Shown: positions 10,431 to 23,640, counted from the first letter of the stretch. The stretch: 64,000 nt of DNA from Botryllus schlosseri (GCA_051294905.1 CM119380.1:558001-622000); one strand, 5' to 3'. Made by a program: numbers and translations. Notes: a model not told the origin generated them from the letters alone.

Positions 10431-13052
10431 GTGCATCAACCAACATCAAGCTCGAACTCCGTCACAGTATCCGAGAACGCCAACGTCCCACTGGCACCTG
10501 TGGTGAAACCAGAACCGCAACAACTTCAAGAATCGTCGGTGACTCCAAATCTCTCAGAAACAGGTACGTCGGCTATTTTCTCACCCCTTGGAAGTTCATA
10601 TTGTTCCTTACCAATTCGCAGTGTGGGTGCTATGAATGCAAGTAGTGTGAGTGCAACGAACGCCAGCATTACGAGCATAAGTAGCCCTAGTACTGTGATA
10701 TCTGGCACTAACGCCTATCTTCAACCTTCTAACTTGGTTTGGTCTAATAGTCCCATCATGTCAAATCTAACAAACATGGTAGCTACAACTTCTCCGCTCA
10801 CTGCTTTGAATCGTAAGCCTATTTTGGATTCGAGAAGCCCATCTGGCCCAGAAGTAGTGCCAAGTTCCATTTTGGCTTCCACAAAAAATGACTCATGTTC
10901 GTCTGCCAATGTTAGCCCCGCCCCGCCAGTAATTCAACCAAACCTTTTGCCACCCTTAGAACCCCCAATCTTTTCTGGTAATCCAAGTGACTTCAATAGT
11001 TTCATGGACATTTTTGAAATAACAATTGGAAACAAAATTATAAATCAGAAACAAAAACTGGTGTACTTGATGCGTTACACCAAGGGACCAGCAAATACTC
11101 TCGTCAAGAGCTGCTTATACCTTGATGCAAACGACTGCTACCGAGAAGCGCTGAACCTGCTACAAGAGATGTATGGCCAAAAGTTCAGAATCGGACCTTC
11201 TTGTTTAAACTTAATATCCTCTGGTCCTCAAGTAAAGTTGCATGATCAGGATGGCTTGGCGATTCTTTCCGCCGATCTTATATCCTGTGTAAATACTCTC
11301 AAAGGTATTAACTACCAATCCGTCTCGCTGGAGACAATTGATAAAATCGCACTCAGAATGCCCTCACAATGGAGGTCAGGCTGGCTTGGCGTCATGGATC
11401 ATATCCTCCATGAACTGCAGGGCGACGTGAAAATGAGTGACCTGTCGGCTTACGTGCGTAAAAAGGTACGTGAAGCGTCAAATGTCCCTCCCCGTGAACA
11501 AAGTACAAACAACAAGCCAGTTGTTGTAATGCAAGCAAAATCAAACTTTGCAACTTCAGTTCGTGCTGGTAATAACGACGCCAAGGATGACCGTGGATCA
11601 TCGTGCGTAAAATGTAAGAAAAAACACTTTCTCAATCAGTGCCAGGAGTTCCGCGATATGGACGTTACTGGCAGAAGGGATTTTGTGAAAAATAATAAGC
11701 TATGCTTCTCGTGCTTGCAACCCGGACACTGGTCTGATAAATGTACCAGAGATAAACCATGCAAATATCAACATTGTAATGGAAAACATACAACACTCCT
11801 GCATGTGAATCCAGTGTCCACAAACGATGAGAACAAACCCGTCGTCCAAAATTCTGCGGCTTCAACTGTCGCCCAAGAAAACGCTCCAAAGGCTCATGGA
11901 CCTGTGAAATTCAATGCATTCGCCAAATTACCTGAAGAAAATGTGTTACTCAACGTGGCACCTGTCCGCGTCAGAATTCGAGGAACAAACTGCTATATTG
12001 CTACACACGCTTTCTTTGACAACGGAAGTCATCTTTCCTTCATTAGTGAAAATCTTGCAAATGAACTTTGCCTCCAAGGCGGTCAAACAGAATTTGATCT
12101 TCGCACCCTGGCAGGATTATCCGGTTACAAAGGTAACGTATTCGATAATCTTGAGTTATCCGACTTCTATGGTACAGAATATGCTCCGTTCACACCATTA
12201 GTATCCACTGACTGTATTGGTGTCGAGGACGTTGATATTCCCAGACAAGAAGACGTCAACCAATTTCCGGAATTGCAAGACGTGTGTATTCCAAAACTAG
12301 CATCCGAAGTTGGACTAATAATTGGAAAAGAAAACAGATGGTTTCACAAGCCCTTGGAGGTAATTCATGGTCCAAATGACTATTATGCAACAAGAACGTT
12401 TGCAGGCTGGATGATAAACTGCCCGGCCAAAGTGGCAGATGGAACAAAAAAGGTATTTTTTTCAAAGCCTGCTACGAATTCGCCCAAACCCCTATATCAG
12501 CTGTGTCGTGATTTTGTGGACTCGACAACGAATGAAAAACAAGAACTGTCACAAAATGATAAACTGTTTATTGAATCTGCAGAAAAATCAATGGAACTGT
12601 ATAATGACATCTCACTTAATGATGGTCTGTTACAGGGGCCAGATTGGACAAAGGACCTGGTTGAAGTCTCATCCGGTGTCCACAAACATATCGTTGGCAT
12701 CCAAGGAGATGTCCGAGCTGTGATTCACCAAGCGAAGGCTTGTAAAGGAGACAAGGATCTGTTTCGACTCCTACGGAAGAAAGAATTCCCCTACTCTGAA
12801 ATGAACTCAAGCTGTACGGTCAACAATAACAAATACTTTCCAAAAGGACCGATATTTCCAATTAGCCTCTCCTTTCTGTGGAGGATCTGTATAACAGTAG
12901 CGTGGTATCTTGCAACTTTCTGCAAAGTCTTCAAGGCATTGGTTTTCAACTTTGTCAACCAAATCAAAGTTAGGTCCAACCTGTATCGATGGTGGAATGT
13001 ACCGTCCGAGTTGAATCCCTGCAGACATCGCCTTGAGAGGCCTTTCTGCTGA
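10431..13052 (+). CDS. BEL/Pao Gag-protease polyprotein with RT relic; copy 2
   Basis: Translation identical to 6049-8670. Confidence 0.9.
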   Translation: MHQPTSSSNSVTVSENANVPLAPVVKPEPQQLQESSVTPNLSETGTSAIFSPLGSSYCSLPIRSVGAMNASSVSATNASITSISSPSTVISGTNAYLQPSNLVWSNSPIMSNLTNMVATTSPLTALNRKPILDSRSPSGPEVVPSSILASTKNDSCSSANVSPAPPVIQPNLLPPLEPPIFSGNPSDFNSFMDIFEITIGNKIINQKQKLVYLMRYTKGPANTLVKSCLYLDANDCYREALNLLQEMYGQKFRIGPSCLNLISSGPQVKLHDQDGLAILSADLISCVNTLKGINYQSVSLETIDKIALRMPSQWRSGWLGVMDHILHELQGDVKMSDLSAYVRKKVREASNVPPREQSTNNKPVVVMQAKSNFATSVRAGNNDAKDDRGSSCVKCKKKHFLNQCQEFRDMDVTGRRDFVKNNKLCFSCLQPGHWSDKCTRDKPCKYQHCNGKHTTLLHVNPVSTNDENKPVVQNSAASTVAQENAPKAHGPVKFNAFAKLPEENVLLNVAPVRVRIRGTNCYIATHAFFDNGSHLSFISENLANELCLQGGQTEFDLRTLAGLSGYKGNVFDNLELSDFYGTEYAPFTPLVSTDCIGVEDVDIPRQEDVNQFPELQDVCIPKLASEVGLIIGKENRWFHKPLEVIHGPNDYYATRTFAGWMINCPAKVADGTKKVFFSKPATNSPKPLYQLCRDFVDSTTNEKQELSQNDKLFIESAEKSMELYNDISLNDGLLQGPDWTKDLVEVSSGVHKHIVGIQGDVRAVIHQAKACKGDKDLFRLLRKKEFPYSEMNSSCTVNNNKYFPKGPIFPISLSFLWRICITVAWYLATFCKVFKALVFNFVNQIKVRSNLYRWWNVPSELNPCRHRLERPFC

Positions 13053-13302
13053 TACACTTCTAAATTTGTCTTCTTGTCAAACAATACACAGTTGCTCCTA
13101 GTCCAGCCACTGTGGACCTAACTTCCAAAGTACACCTGTTGTATTAATAAGCTTGCCCTCTTACATAAGAGAGAATAACTTGAGTTTTGATTTCGTTAAA
13201 TAATTACCATTTCGTTTGGTAGCACCTGCTGACTGCGTGAGTGTGTGTATGTGTGGAAATCTCCAAATTCGGAACAAATTTTGAATTTCCAAGGGGCCAG
13301 GA

Positions 13303-13807
13303 TGTAGCCGCCGTACGGCCCTAAGGTGTCGCTGTGGCTCCTTCACACTCCCGCCGAACAAGGAAGTGGACTCAATGTCATTGTTACCTCACAACGGTAA
13401 CTAGGTCTGACGTATCGTGGTGCAATTCACTGCTTAGTGCACGTGCGTTAGTAGTAGGATCGTTTTGGCATTAGTTCAGTTATTAGAATAGGAATAGTTA
13501 GGTTTATTGCATTGCTAAAATAGGGCTAGTTAGGTTAATTCATTCATTGTCTCACTGTTTTGATATCTATTGTTACAGTCAAAGTAAATCTATAAATAAA
13601 ATAAAATAAAAAACCCGGAAGACACATTGTCAAGTAAGATGCTTTGTATTTGATAGCTTAGTACATACTTGCCAATGCTTATTGTATTTCATTTTTAATA
13701 GAAAACACGCACCAACAAAGCGAGTCTTTTTCTCTGTGCCGAAAGGGAATATAAGCAGCCAGATATTTCAATCCACCCTGTGGCGCGATCTGCGGGTTGC
13801 GGCTACA
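13303..13807 (+). repeat. 3' LTR (LTR3, 505 bp)
   Basis: TGTAGCCGCC...GCGGCTACA. Only one copy of the 22-bp unit. Followed by the ATATG TSD. Confidence 0.95.
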
Positions 13808-14739
13808 ATATGGATCATCGGTATCATATTCTTGCTAATACTACAAGAAACGGTTAGTTTTGTTGATACAATACATTTTCACTTACCGATCTTGGACACT
13901 ACCGGTCGTAGCTTTAGAGGAGTACCGGTATTCATCCGTGGAAATATAGTGTGGACGGGAATCAGTGCGACATTAGCTTTCAAATAAGACCAACTTTATT
14001 GAGTTAAGGCGCGCGGGTCGTCAGCTATGGGATTAGAAATTATGCTGCGTTCAGATTGCTGAGCAGTTATTTCCGCCGGGCAAGCAAGCGTGACAACGGG
14101 TGTTGGGTATCTATCCGTAGGTTAGTTATCTATACTTGGTCCTTCTCAGATCGTATCAGTCAACGTCTGCATAAAAGGAGAAAAGGCAGGATATTTGATG
14201 ACAAGATAAGATGTTGTCAAAGTAGTCTTTGTTGCTAGCCTACCCAAGTTTTGCTTGATGCGACGCATATTTTGTTTAGAGGAAATAGGATGGGACAAGT
14301 ATATAGCTGCTTACAAGGAGCAGTGCCAAAAGGACAGAGAGTCACGCGAGAGATTGGTTATGTCCCTGAACCAGACCTCGCGAGACTCGATAGAGTACTT
14401 GGTAACAAACCAGCGACCTGCTGTTGTTCTGCAGGTACCAGCAGCTAACGAGCCAGAGGAAGGTATTGAGTGATGAGAAAACATTGGACTCAGCGGTTAG
14501 TGAGAGAACAGACGGAGCAATGATGAGTAGTGCGTTCCACTATTTCGTTTACGTTTTATTTGAATTGAAAACAAAAAAAAAGAAATCCGGCTAATTATTC
14601 AGTTTATCCATATAAGGAAAGCTGCGGTTCGCTACCAAAACGGGCTACTATGGTAGATGACTCATGTTAAGTGGGGCGGATAGAGAAAATGGGACAGCAG
14701 GCACTGGAGAAACACATTGTGTAAAACAATTTGAGCAGT

Positions 14740-15140
14740 CAGTGGTTCTCAGCCGCGGGTCTGCGAAGTGTCTAATTTACAAAACGATTGATAACCATAT
14801 TTCATTTTCAAAATAGAGAAATTACGAGGTGGTTTCGCTTCATTACTGCATCAACCGAATGTCCATCTGAGATGAAATAGCCTCAACATATTGCTGTTAA
14901 GAGATATTTTGTTGATAAAAAAGTATCAACAAAATAAGGTCAATGAGCGTGATTGAATTGTTTTGCAAAATCAATTTACCTGTGGTATCCATAACCGCTA
15001 CTTCAAAACAACTTCGAGATGAACTGCTGTTTGTCACTAACCTACAGTTACACATTCGCAAAACACAGATTGCACGGTGATTGAGCTAAATTTGAACCAA
15101 AACTTGGGGTCCGCGAAGATAAAAAGGTGGAGAACCACCG
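14740..15140. mobile_element. hAT (Charlie-like) MITE, degenerate
   Basis: Termini CAGTGGTTCTC...GAGAACCACCG with subterminal GGGTC(T/C)GCGAAG. No clean 8-bp TSD. Confidence 0.5.
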
Positions 15141-15439
15141 ATTCAGAGGGACACTAGTTCAGATGCTAACAGTAATTATAGACTAATTTATATGACTCAA
15201 CTAATGTACACGGAGCAAATGTCCAGGCAAAATCATACATAGTCAAGAAGTGACTCTTGTCAATCCAAGGTGACAACCAAAATCGCCTATCCTATATGCG
15301 AAAAGACCGCCTTAGTGACAGGGTACCAATGGATGATCAATGAAACTTACAACAATTGAAGACTGATTGCTCTCACAAGTGACACGGGCGCATCGCCAAC
15401 AACCTAAACATACATAATATCTAGGGTGATTTAATCGAC

Positions 15440-15605
15440 ACTGTTTACTCAATGACTCGAAATTGACTCGTGAATTTTGCTCCGAGTCACGAGTCAATCC
15501 GCAATTCTGTGGCGCCGAGTCAAGTCAACTGATTTTTGCAAAGTGACTCGAGTCAAGTCAAGTTAAACGAAAAAGGTGACTCGAGTCTGACTTGAATGTG
15601 CCTGT
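15440..15605. repeat. GACTCGAGTC-rich subterminal region of a DNA transposon end (hAT-like), orphan
   Basis: Clustered GACTC/GAGTC motifs in both orientations. The partner end was not found. Confidence 0.35.
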
Positions 15606-16339
15606 GATAGTGTAGAAAAAACGAGAAAAGTGATGCAGAGAATACAAGACAAATCTCAGGCTTATGTGAATGCACTATGATTTGATAAGAACTGAACTTG
15701 ATATATGCTGCATTCATTTCTCATTTAGAATTTCATTCAATTTCCAGGTTTTTGCAAGTTTAACAATCAATTGGCTAGGTCGAAAAACGCCCAGGTCGAA
15801 AAATGCCAACATTTCATTTCAGGTAAAAATCTTCAGTTTTTTAGGTAAAAAAAATCGCCCTTATAGTTACATTCGCGTCGCATGCATTGCTATCGGTGGT
15901 TGCTAACGCCGAGAGGCATTGTACAGTCAGAATGCATCCTTACGTACTTCCGGTTTCAACCCACATTGGTCAATCATCTTCAACAATGGAACATGGTCAT
16001 CAACCGGAAAAAACATTGTGATTAACAATGAACTTAATAATTGATCACGGTAGAAGAGTTTCCGGGCCTGATGAACACGAACATTCCATGTGTAAGTCCA
16101 GCAATAACTTCAGCAGCGTTTGGTCAACTAAAGGTGGTGAAGATGTGATTGCAAGTAAAGAAAGAATGAACAGGATAGCGAAACTTGCGAACTTGCAGGA
16201 ATATAATTAAAAATTAGGCGCAGTAGAAACTACAGTGGCCTTTAGGATTAGGCTGATTTCTATCTATGAATAATTTTATGTCGTAATAAAATTTGTGAAA
16301 CAAATCATCGCTAAATATATCATTTCATTTCATAGCCCA

Positions 16340-17100
16340 TATTTATCAGTAGCCAAAGCATGTCGAGTTTAGTTGGTGTAGGCATACCAGAGCTCATTGG
16401 AATGGGCGCGCTGTCAAGAAATACTGCAGCCATTTCGGTCACAGGACACATTTGGATGTCGCGATCATACACGAATCAAAGATCAGTAATCGGACCTGCA
16501 TTGACTGGTGTCAACTTTAGGGAGGTAATTTCCAAGTTTAATTGTATAGCATGGCACTATGGTTACTCTGTGATATTTTCAAGGTCTGCTCGAGTGTGCT
16601 ACTGAGAGGCTCCGGCGTCGTTGGTGGTCCAGGACACGTTGTGGCTATTGACGAGTCTGTCGTAGCTAAGCGCGGCCGTGGGGCAAACGCCCAGGCAAGA
16701 CCCGTCCCACAACAGTGGATATTTGGAGGCGTGGATCTTACAACGAAGGTTGTATACAGAAAATAACACCCAAGGTTAGCAAAACTTGAAGAATAATAAA
16801 TGTTTTATACAGTCAATGCTTCATGCGATCGTCGCGATGCCGGTACACTTTTGCCGATTATTCGTCAATACATTGCTCCAGGGACTGAAATTTGGTCCGA
16901 TCAGTGGGCTGCATATCGTGGCATAAACGGTACAAATGTATATTTCAACAATAACGGTGACTTTTATGAAAGTATTTATATTTCGCTAACAGGAATGGGC
17001 CTGAATTACACGCACAAATCGGTGTGTATCCAATAATATAGAGAGTCAATGGCGACATTGCAAGAGAAAATTCAATCGCATGTATGGTTCGGTAAGACGT
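16340..17100 (+). pseudogene. Merlin (IS1595/ISXO2-like DDE) transposase relic with introns
   Basis: GGPGHVVAIDESVVAKR...QQWIFGGVD, RRDAGTLLPIIRQYIAPGTEIWSDQWAAY, IESQWRHCKRK. GT-AG introns at 16749-16812 (64 bp) and 16930-16992 (63 bp). Confidence 0.8.
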
Positions 17101-17329
17101 TTTGTGCCCTCATATATTGATGAGTGGATGTGAAGAAGAACCAGAACCGATATCACTCCTGCGATTGCGACTCATCCAGAGTATCAATTTTAAAATGACG
17201 ATGAACCATTCCTGCAATTTCGTTCAATTTTTATTGTTTCGTTTTTTCACAAATAAACGTGATACACCTGAGTATTGTGGGTGGAAACAAGATTTGATGA
17301 GTACAGGGCTGTGGAGTCGGTAAATTTGG

Positions 17330-17495
17330 CTGGAAAGTACACTTGGTATCATACCCTACTATGCGAAAGTACCTATATGAGTATCTTGGCCGCAAAGTAC
17401 ACTTGGTATGCGAAATTACCTATATGAGAGTATCTTGGCCGAAAAAAGTACACTTGGTATCTTATCCTGTTATGCTAGTGTCTCTACATGAGTAT
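17330..17495. repeat. Imperfect tandem repeat (AAAGTACACTTGGTAT...ATGAGTATCTTGGCC units)
   Basis: Three AAAGTACACTTGGTAT cores about 50-60 bp apart. The hAT at 17496 inserted at its edge. Confidence 0.6.
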
Positions 17496-20021
17496 CAGTG
17501 ATGAGCATCGGACGGACTCGGATGGCTTTCGGACCGGATATTAGACGATTTTGTGGCAGTCGGATAGGACTCGGATATTATCACAAATATTTTTTCGGAT
17601 ATTGTCGGATAGTTGTAACTTTTGATAGGATATTTCCGGATAGTTGTAACCTTATGTGAGATTTGATTACAGGCCTATAGAAAGAAGTCATCAATTCAAT
17701 AACCAAATACAGACAGCTGACACCTTGCGATATGACTGGTAGCAGTCTAAAAATGTTTGTCAAGAGTCCAAGATAATATAGATCAACTATTGCCACTACC
17801 ATTCTAACCATTCAAGAATAGACAATACTATAAGATCAGCCATGTTATCAGATTTATTAGCTAAAACACATAAAGTATACCATACTTGCCAGTCTAACGA
17901 TATATAATATGTGAACTGATAAAAGATGGTATGATTGGACATGAGCTCGCCTGACGTGGTTATCATCAGTACGGTATTCTCGCAGAGCAGTGTCTGAACT
18001 TCGCAAAATTGAAGGTATAGTTTCAACATCTGTCACAAAACTGCGTTTGCTTCTCGCCTTCACATGTAGTTTTTTAACCCATTGCTGATGAATGTCACAA
18101 TAGGGCACACAATTTCTAGAATCCTCAAATTGTTGTTGTGGCAGTCTTCTGTAGATTAATATAGCGGTAAGTCAAATCCCTCTTTGCGTACTTTACGATA
18201 CCCTTTCGATCAACACTATACAGCGGTGCTTGTGCTATGGCACAATCTTTGGCTACCATGAGTCTTTCAGCAGTTCATGATCATAACGGAATATATCCTG
18301 ATGACGTTCAACAATGTAATAACTCCATTCTGTGAGAAGGTATTCCCAGTGTGGACTTGGACTTCTTGTCAGCTTGGCACATCGAGTTAACAGCTATTCA
18401 CACACTTGCAGCCCGGTCAACCAAATAAGAATATGCATACAAACATGTACAAGTAACTTTCTGGAGTCAGATAATTATAAAGAAAATTATGTAAGAAGAT
18501 ATATAGATAAAATGTATGATAATTAATATAATGATGCCTTGACGGACGATACAGCAGCCTACCAGCCTCTTTGAAATCCTTCAAGATACATGCATATCAT
18601 ACTAAGGCACACTAATAACATATAACAAGGCTATAAAATCCAGAATTCCTATATACCGTTACAACGAAAGCAAACCTACTCAACTGTCCTGCTTACTCTT
18701 CCCTTCCTTCAGCTGCTATATTTTCTCCAATATGATTGACGGAATCAATCATCCAGAACCACTGAGCCATACAAGAAAAAGCTGTTAGTTTTTTGTCAAG
18801 CAATGGTCTGTTTGAGTAAATTTGATTTCAGTTGAAGAATTGTGAAAAAAGACTTTGACGTGATTATGGTGCTTTTCCATATGATTTCAACGACAGACCA
18901 TGTAAACAGTTTGAAAGTCAACGCCAAGGAGTGTTGATCAGTACGTTAGTGATGCGTCATATCTCTTGAGTGGAGCTCCATCAACTAGTGCATTGCATTA
19001 TTTGAAGACCTTGAATGTTGTCAAACTCCTCGTCTGAGTGTCGATTTGAGCTATGATTCCGTACTGTCGGAGTTTCGTTTCTCAATTATAATGGATTGAA
19101 GAAAGTCGACGTCTTGAGAGATAGCACAGCCGGAGTGGAGTGTAGAGGGGTTGCATCCGGATTTATGGGACACTGGCTCTGCTGAATGCTGTAATTTCTA
19201 TGTTCAAGTGAAACACCACACGTTATCAAGTGGTACAATGAACCTTACAAACCATATCCAAAAGGCCAAGGATACAGCACAGTTGAAGATGAGTTTCTTC
19301 TCGTCCAATATATTAGTCGGCAAGACAACTACTAACCAGCTACTGGAGAGGAAATTTGGACAGATTGTGGGACATTCAGGAATCAGGATGGTGCTATTAT
19401 TCACATTTTGTGTGACACGACTATAAGCGTCATGCTCGAAGCTTTGAACTGATTGACCAAAGGTATTATAAGCATCAGCAAGTTGCTACTAAACAGGCCT
19501 TCACGCCTTCCAGCACTTGTGCGCAAAATGTGGCTTATCTGCATCTAATATTGACCATCTCCCGATTGTGAAATTCCATGGTCACAACTTGCTACTATTA
19601 CTTCTTGATATATATTGGGAGATATGGTTAAATGCCTGATTGTTACATATGGCCATGGCTTAATAATCTTTGTCATTTTACATTTGCTTTTGATCGAGAT
19701 ACCACTTTCATTCGCACACTTACTTCAAATTCGTAGCGTTGTTTCTTTGCGTTAACTTTCCTATAAATGAAATTCCAATTTTTGTTCATTCCATAGATAC
19801 AATTCGTGATCTTCTAGTGCAGAACTGTAACTAAGCTCAGCTGTACAATTGATATTCTGCGATATCATTATTCGATAAGGATTTTTCGGATTCTTGTAAG
19901 AGATTTCTGGATAAATTCGGATAGTTGGATGAGATTATCCGGAGTCGGACGGATAGTTCCGCAGACACCAAAACTGTCGGACGGATTCGGATTCTCAAAA
20001 TCCAACATCCGCTCATCACTG
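17496..20021 (-). mobile_element. hAT element with decayed Ac-like transposase
   Basis: TIR CAGTGATGAGC / GCTCATCACTG. Perfect 8-bp TSD ATGAGTAT (17488-17495, 20022-20029). TCGGA-rich subterminal repeats. Weak PTRW-like motif after a frameshift near 18340 (-). Confidence 0.9.
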
Positions 20022-20372
20022 ATGAGTATGGACGATTTCCAGCGCTCTGGCGCCAGTAGAGTATGACTGACCAATATTAGAACCAGCCACAGTTTGCTCC
20101 CCTGACGAGGTTATTCGCCGACGTTTCTGAATACCACGCCATTGGAATGTAAGGAAGCCGCGTATATATAAGGTGATTTAATATTAGTTGATACTAATAT
20201 CTTGTAAGAAGTTCAGCTTGGAACTGTAAAGAACGTAGTTCTTGGCTTCTTATTGTCGCGAACAGATGCATGGCGACAGGTGTAGCCTATGCACATTCAA
20301 CAGTTTTTACGTTTGTGGACATTGAAAAGTTTGCACTGAAATTCAATTGATCTGGAAATAATAGATTATTAG

Positions 20373-20558
20373 CAATGTTCCCTCTAAGCTGCGCACGTGC
20401 GCAGTGCTTACACGGTCTCTGCGCACAGAAAATTCAAGTTGCGCACAAAATATCTGAAGTGAGGACCATTTTTTTAGTCTTTACGCACTGTTGTCCAAGG
20501 CTCTGCGCAGTAAGTTGGTGAGTGTGCGCAGAATCGTCAAAAATTAGAGGGAACATGG
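20373..20558. mobile_element. hAT MITE (186 bp)
   Basis: TIR CAATGTTCCCTCTAA / TTAGAGGGAACATGG. Perfect TSD ATTATTAG (20365-20372, 20559-20566). Internal TGCGCA repeats. Confidence 0.9.
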
Positions 20559-21532
20559 ATTATTAGGCTACAAAATGTTTGTAGAATACATGGATTTCAG
20601 TATTCTCATTTTCTCAGACACAGTACCGGTACATATTAATTTACTGTGTTCGATAATTGGCATTAATGCTGCATGAAACTTATTTGTAGATGATTGCCTA
20701 TCTTGATGTAGCATACCCAAAACGGCATAACAATATTGACTCCTATATGCTCATTCAATCTTTAGTTTGCAAAGATGAAGACATACATGATTGCAGCCAA
20801 GTGCGTGACAGTCAGCATTCAATGAAGCTCCATCGCATCGCAAGGCATCTCATTTTAGTAGTGAAACTATCGAATGTAAACAGGCTCTCAAGACTCTCCC
20901 GTTACAATAACAGCTGAATCCATCGACAATGGCGAACTCGAACTGAAGGACGTACATTTCACGACATTATGATCTTACTGGTCTAATAATTGATTTTCAA
21001 GCGTAAAATTGTCCTGACGAAATCTCTGATGAATCCAGGGGATGGTCGAAAACCCCAGATCTGGGTAGAAAAACCCAGGGGTGGCCTGTCTCACTAGCTC
21101 AAACAGCTTCGGCGATGGTAACAGCATTTAATCGAGACAGAATCAGCTGCATTTAATCGAGACAGAATCAGCTGATATGAATGGGTGGGGTATCTTGGCT
21201 TGACGTGCGATGGCGCGGCGCGGATACTGCCAAGACTGAGAGTCATAGAAAACCACTTAGGGATTCCCACAAGATTAAGAGATGTCTTTCAGATAGTACT
21301 GTACTGGTATGCAAACTGTTGTCAGGTATCGTACGCAGCTTATACTCTAGAATAAAATGATATTCATGATCCCGACATTCTTTGTTGTATTTGTATTCCT
21401 TCAATAAAATACTAGTTCTTTTGTGGTAACTATGTGTGACTTATTTCGTCTCGATGTTGCCTTGAGACTGGTATTGAGTAGGCGAACCCTGCTGTACAAA
21501 CTGGTTGGATCTGTCTCTATGCGTATTGAGTA

Positions 21533-21934
21533 CAGTGGTGGCCTTACGAACGGGGGGGGGCTATAAGTATCTAACCGTAAGTTCTGGGGGGCTCCGCCCA
21601 CCAGACCCCCCTTTCCCGCGGTAACGTTTAGCTGCTGGATTCGGCTATGTCTATTATTGTATGTGTCTAAGGATAGACTACATCAAGACTAAGTAATTCT
21701 ACCGCATGCAGAGACGTGATGATCATCGGGATACGGGACTTTTCTAACAAATGCAGAGATTTGATGATGATTGACACATTCGTACGGAATCATACTCTTG
21801 CTTGGTACACTGATTTCCACGTTTATTAGTTATTATCCTTGAAAAAAAAAACGCATAATCCGAACAGGGGGGCCCCTTCGACCAGGGGGGGCCCGGGCGA
21901 CCGCCCACATCGCCCACCCAAAAAGCCACCACTG
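21533..21934. mobile_element. hAT MITE (CAGTGG family)
   Basis: Termini CAGTGGTGGC...GCCACCACTG. Perfect TSD ATTGAGTA (21525-21532, 21935-21942). Confidence 0.92.
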
Positions 21935-23049
21935 ATTGAGTATATACAAAAATATCCACGTCAACATGCAATCTTGCAGAGATTCTCTTCTCTTCACTCG
22001 GTGTTGCTCGACTGAAATCTTTTGCCACGGAAATTTAGATGGGGCAGAGCCATATCTCGTATTCTGCCTGCAGCAATGCGTTAGCCTGATGTTAGTATCG
22101 TGGAATTGTCTTCTATATACTTTGGTATTCCGAGAGCTCTAGTAATGTAAATCACTGACTGAGACAAGCCTGATAACACACTATCGTGGAAATGTCTTTC
22201 ACAGACTCTTATATTCTCTAAGTGATCTAGAAATGTAAATCACAAACTACAGACATATTGACAATTTATTGCTTCGTCCAAAATATACAAATTTGACTGG
22301 AAATCATGAAATTACATGTAAAGGTCTTATACTACTCGTCGCAACTATTGCAGTGGACTAATACAGTGCACTCATTTTACAGAGGATATAGCTCAGCTCA
22401 GTGGAGGTAACAGAAGAAGAAACACAAATAGGAGTCGAGGCAATAATAATATGCAGATTGTCATAATAATGATGTTTATGATAGAAGTAGATGGAAATAA
22501 ATGTTATAAATATCAAGTTTCTCGCAAATATGCCAGTGTTACACAAACCTTAAATAAAATCCTTTCCACAGTAACCTCTCCTATGTCCCAACGTAATACA
22601 ATCTTTCTTTATAGCTTCTTGTCTTTTGCGATGGAAGCTACCGGTACCATTCACCATTCTCTCATTACTGCATAATGCACATATGGACGCAACAATGAAG
22701 GTGTGAGACAAAGAGCTTATCGCGGAATAAGGCATTGCGATTTCAGACGCGTTCTGGGTGGAGGACAGTTGTGAAGTTTTTAATGAGAACATTTGATGCT
22801 TCCTCGTAACACGCAAAGTTTTTAACGTCTACCTAGAATATTTCCATTACTTTTCTGCAGTCAAATTCGCCCATGTCCATGTATTTACAAGGTACAAACA
22901 TAATTTCGCCAACGCAATTTTAATACGCAAAGTCAGGCGTGACGGTTCGAAACTGAGAACAATGGGTCGTCGCTCCATCCTACAATCTCCGTAGTGTAAT
23001 GCGGAGTGACGGTGTATTAGGGGTCAGAGAGGAATTGGAGGATCACTGC

Positions 23050-23640
23050 ATCACATTTTGGTAAAGTAATGTTAGTAGCAGAGCGTCGAAATTGGTAAAT
23101 TTGTGCGAGCGCATCTACGGCGGAGCAAACTCGAGAACTGATGCAATAATTCACGGGCGTACTCACGAAGCAACAGCCATACGAGAATTTTCAGCAGCAA
23201 CAGGTCTTGTCACATACAACTCCGGTAGGCTTATATATTCATAACGAATACTCTTATCTGGCCGCAACTCCTACGCGAAAATCGATTCCGACTGGATTTT
23301 TGAAGTAAAATGTCCTTATGCGGCAAGTAACAAACGAATTTGTTCCTGGCAACCTCTTCCGATACCTGGAGCAACTATCGTCCAATTGTAGATTGAAAGA
23401 AGTACCAAGAGGTACTATCGGATTCCGGGGCAACTGGCATGTTCCAGAAAAAATGTGATTTATACATTTGTTGATCTTTACATAGAAATAATGCACTACG
23501 ACTCTTCATTTTTTCAACACATGTTGGCAAAATTGAGAGACTTATACAAAAAGCATGGGCGTCATTTTATATCGCATATAATTGCTTACCTTGAAACTGT
23601 TATTCATTCCGGATCACAGGACTTGCTTCAATCCTAACCT
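23050..23640 (+). pseudogene. YqaJ-like (lambda-exonuclease-type) protein relic, ISL2EU second ORF
   Basis: AIIHGRTHEATAIREF...GLYIHNEYSYLAATP...FEVKCPY...GQLAC...DLYIEIMHYDSSFFQHMLAKLRDLY, read across frameshifts. Confidence 0.7.

Larger units (their letters stand above)
4539..13807 (+). mobile_element. BEL/Pao LTR retrotransposon, non-autonomous, tandem LTR-int-LTR-int-LTR (period 4382 bp)
   Basis: Three TG...CA LTRs. 5-bp TSD ATATG at 4534-4538 and 13808-13812. Purine-rich tract AAGGGGCCAGGA before LTR2 and LTR3. BEL-type Gag with three Cys/His knuckles and a protease in each internal copy. Confidence 0.95.

Noticed and set aside
13880-13960. Possible Penelope RT scrap (GTPLKLRPVVSKIG, minus strand); similar weak scrap at 41030-41160 (+)
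   Set aside because: Single short motifs only; not enough to list as features.
14255-14473. 72-aa ORF that looks coding (EIGWDKYIAAYKEQ...)
   Set aside because: No recognisable family or flanking structure.
20095-20135. Hammerhead ribozyme (CTGACGAGG...CCGACGTTTC)
   Set aside because: The CUGANGA and GAAA core elements are not in the right order on one strand, and I could not build the stems.
21035-21095. Tiny CAGGG/ACCC-rich hAT-like end
   Set aside because: No partner end and no TSD.
16600-23640. Bacterial origin for the ISXO2-like and YqaJ-like sequences
   Set aside because: Spliceosomal introns and the surrounding eukaryotic TEs fit Merlin and ISL2EU.
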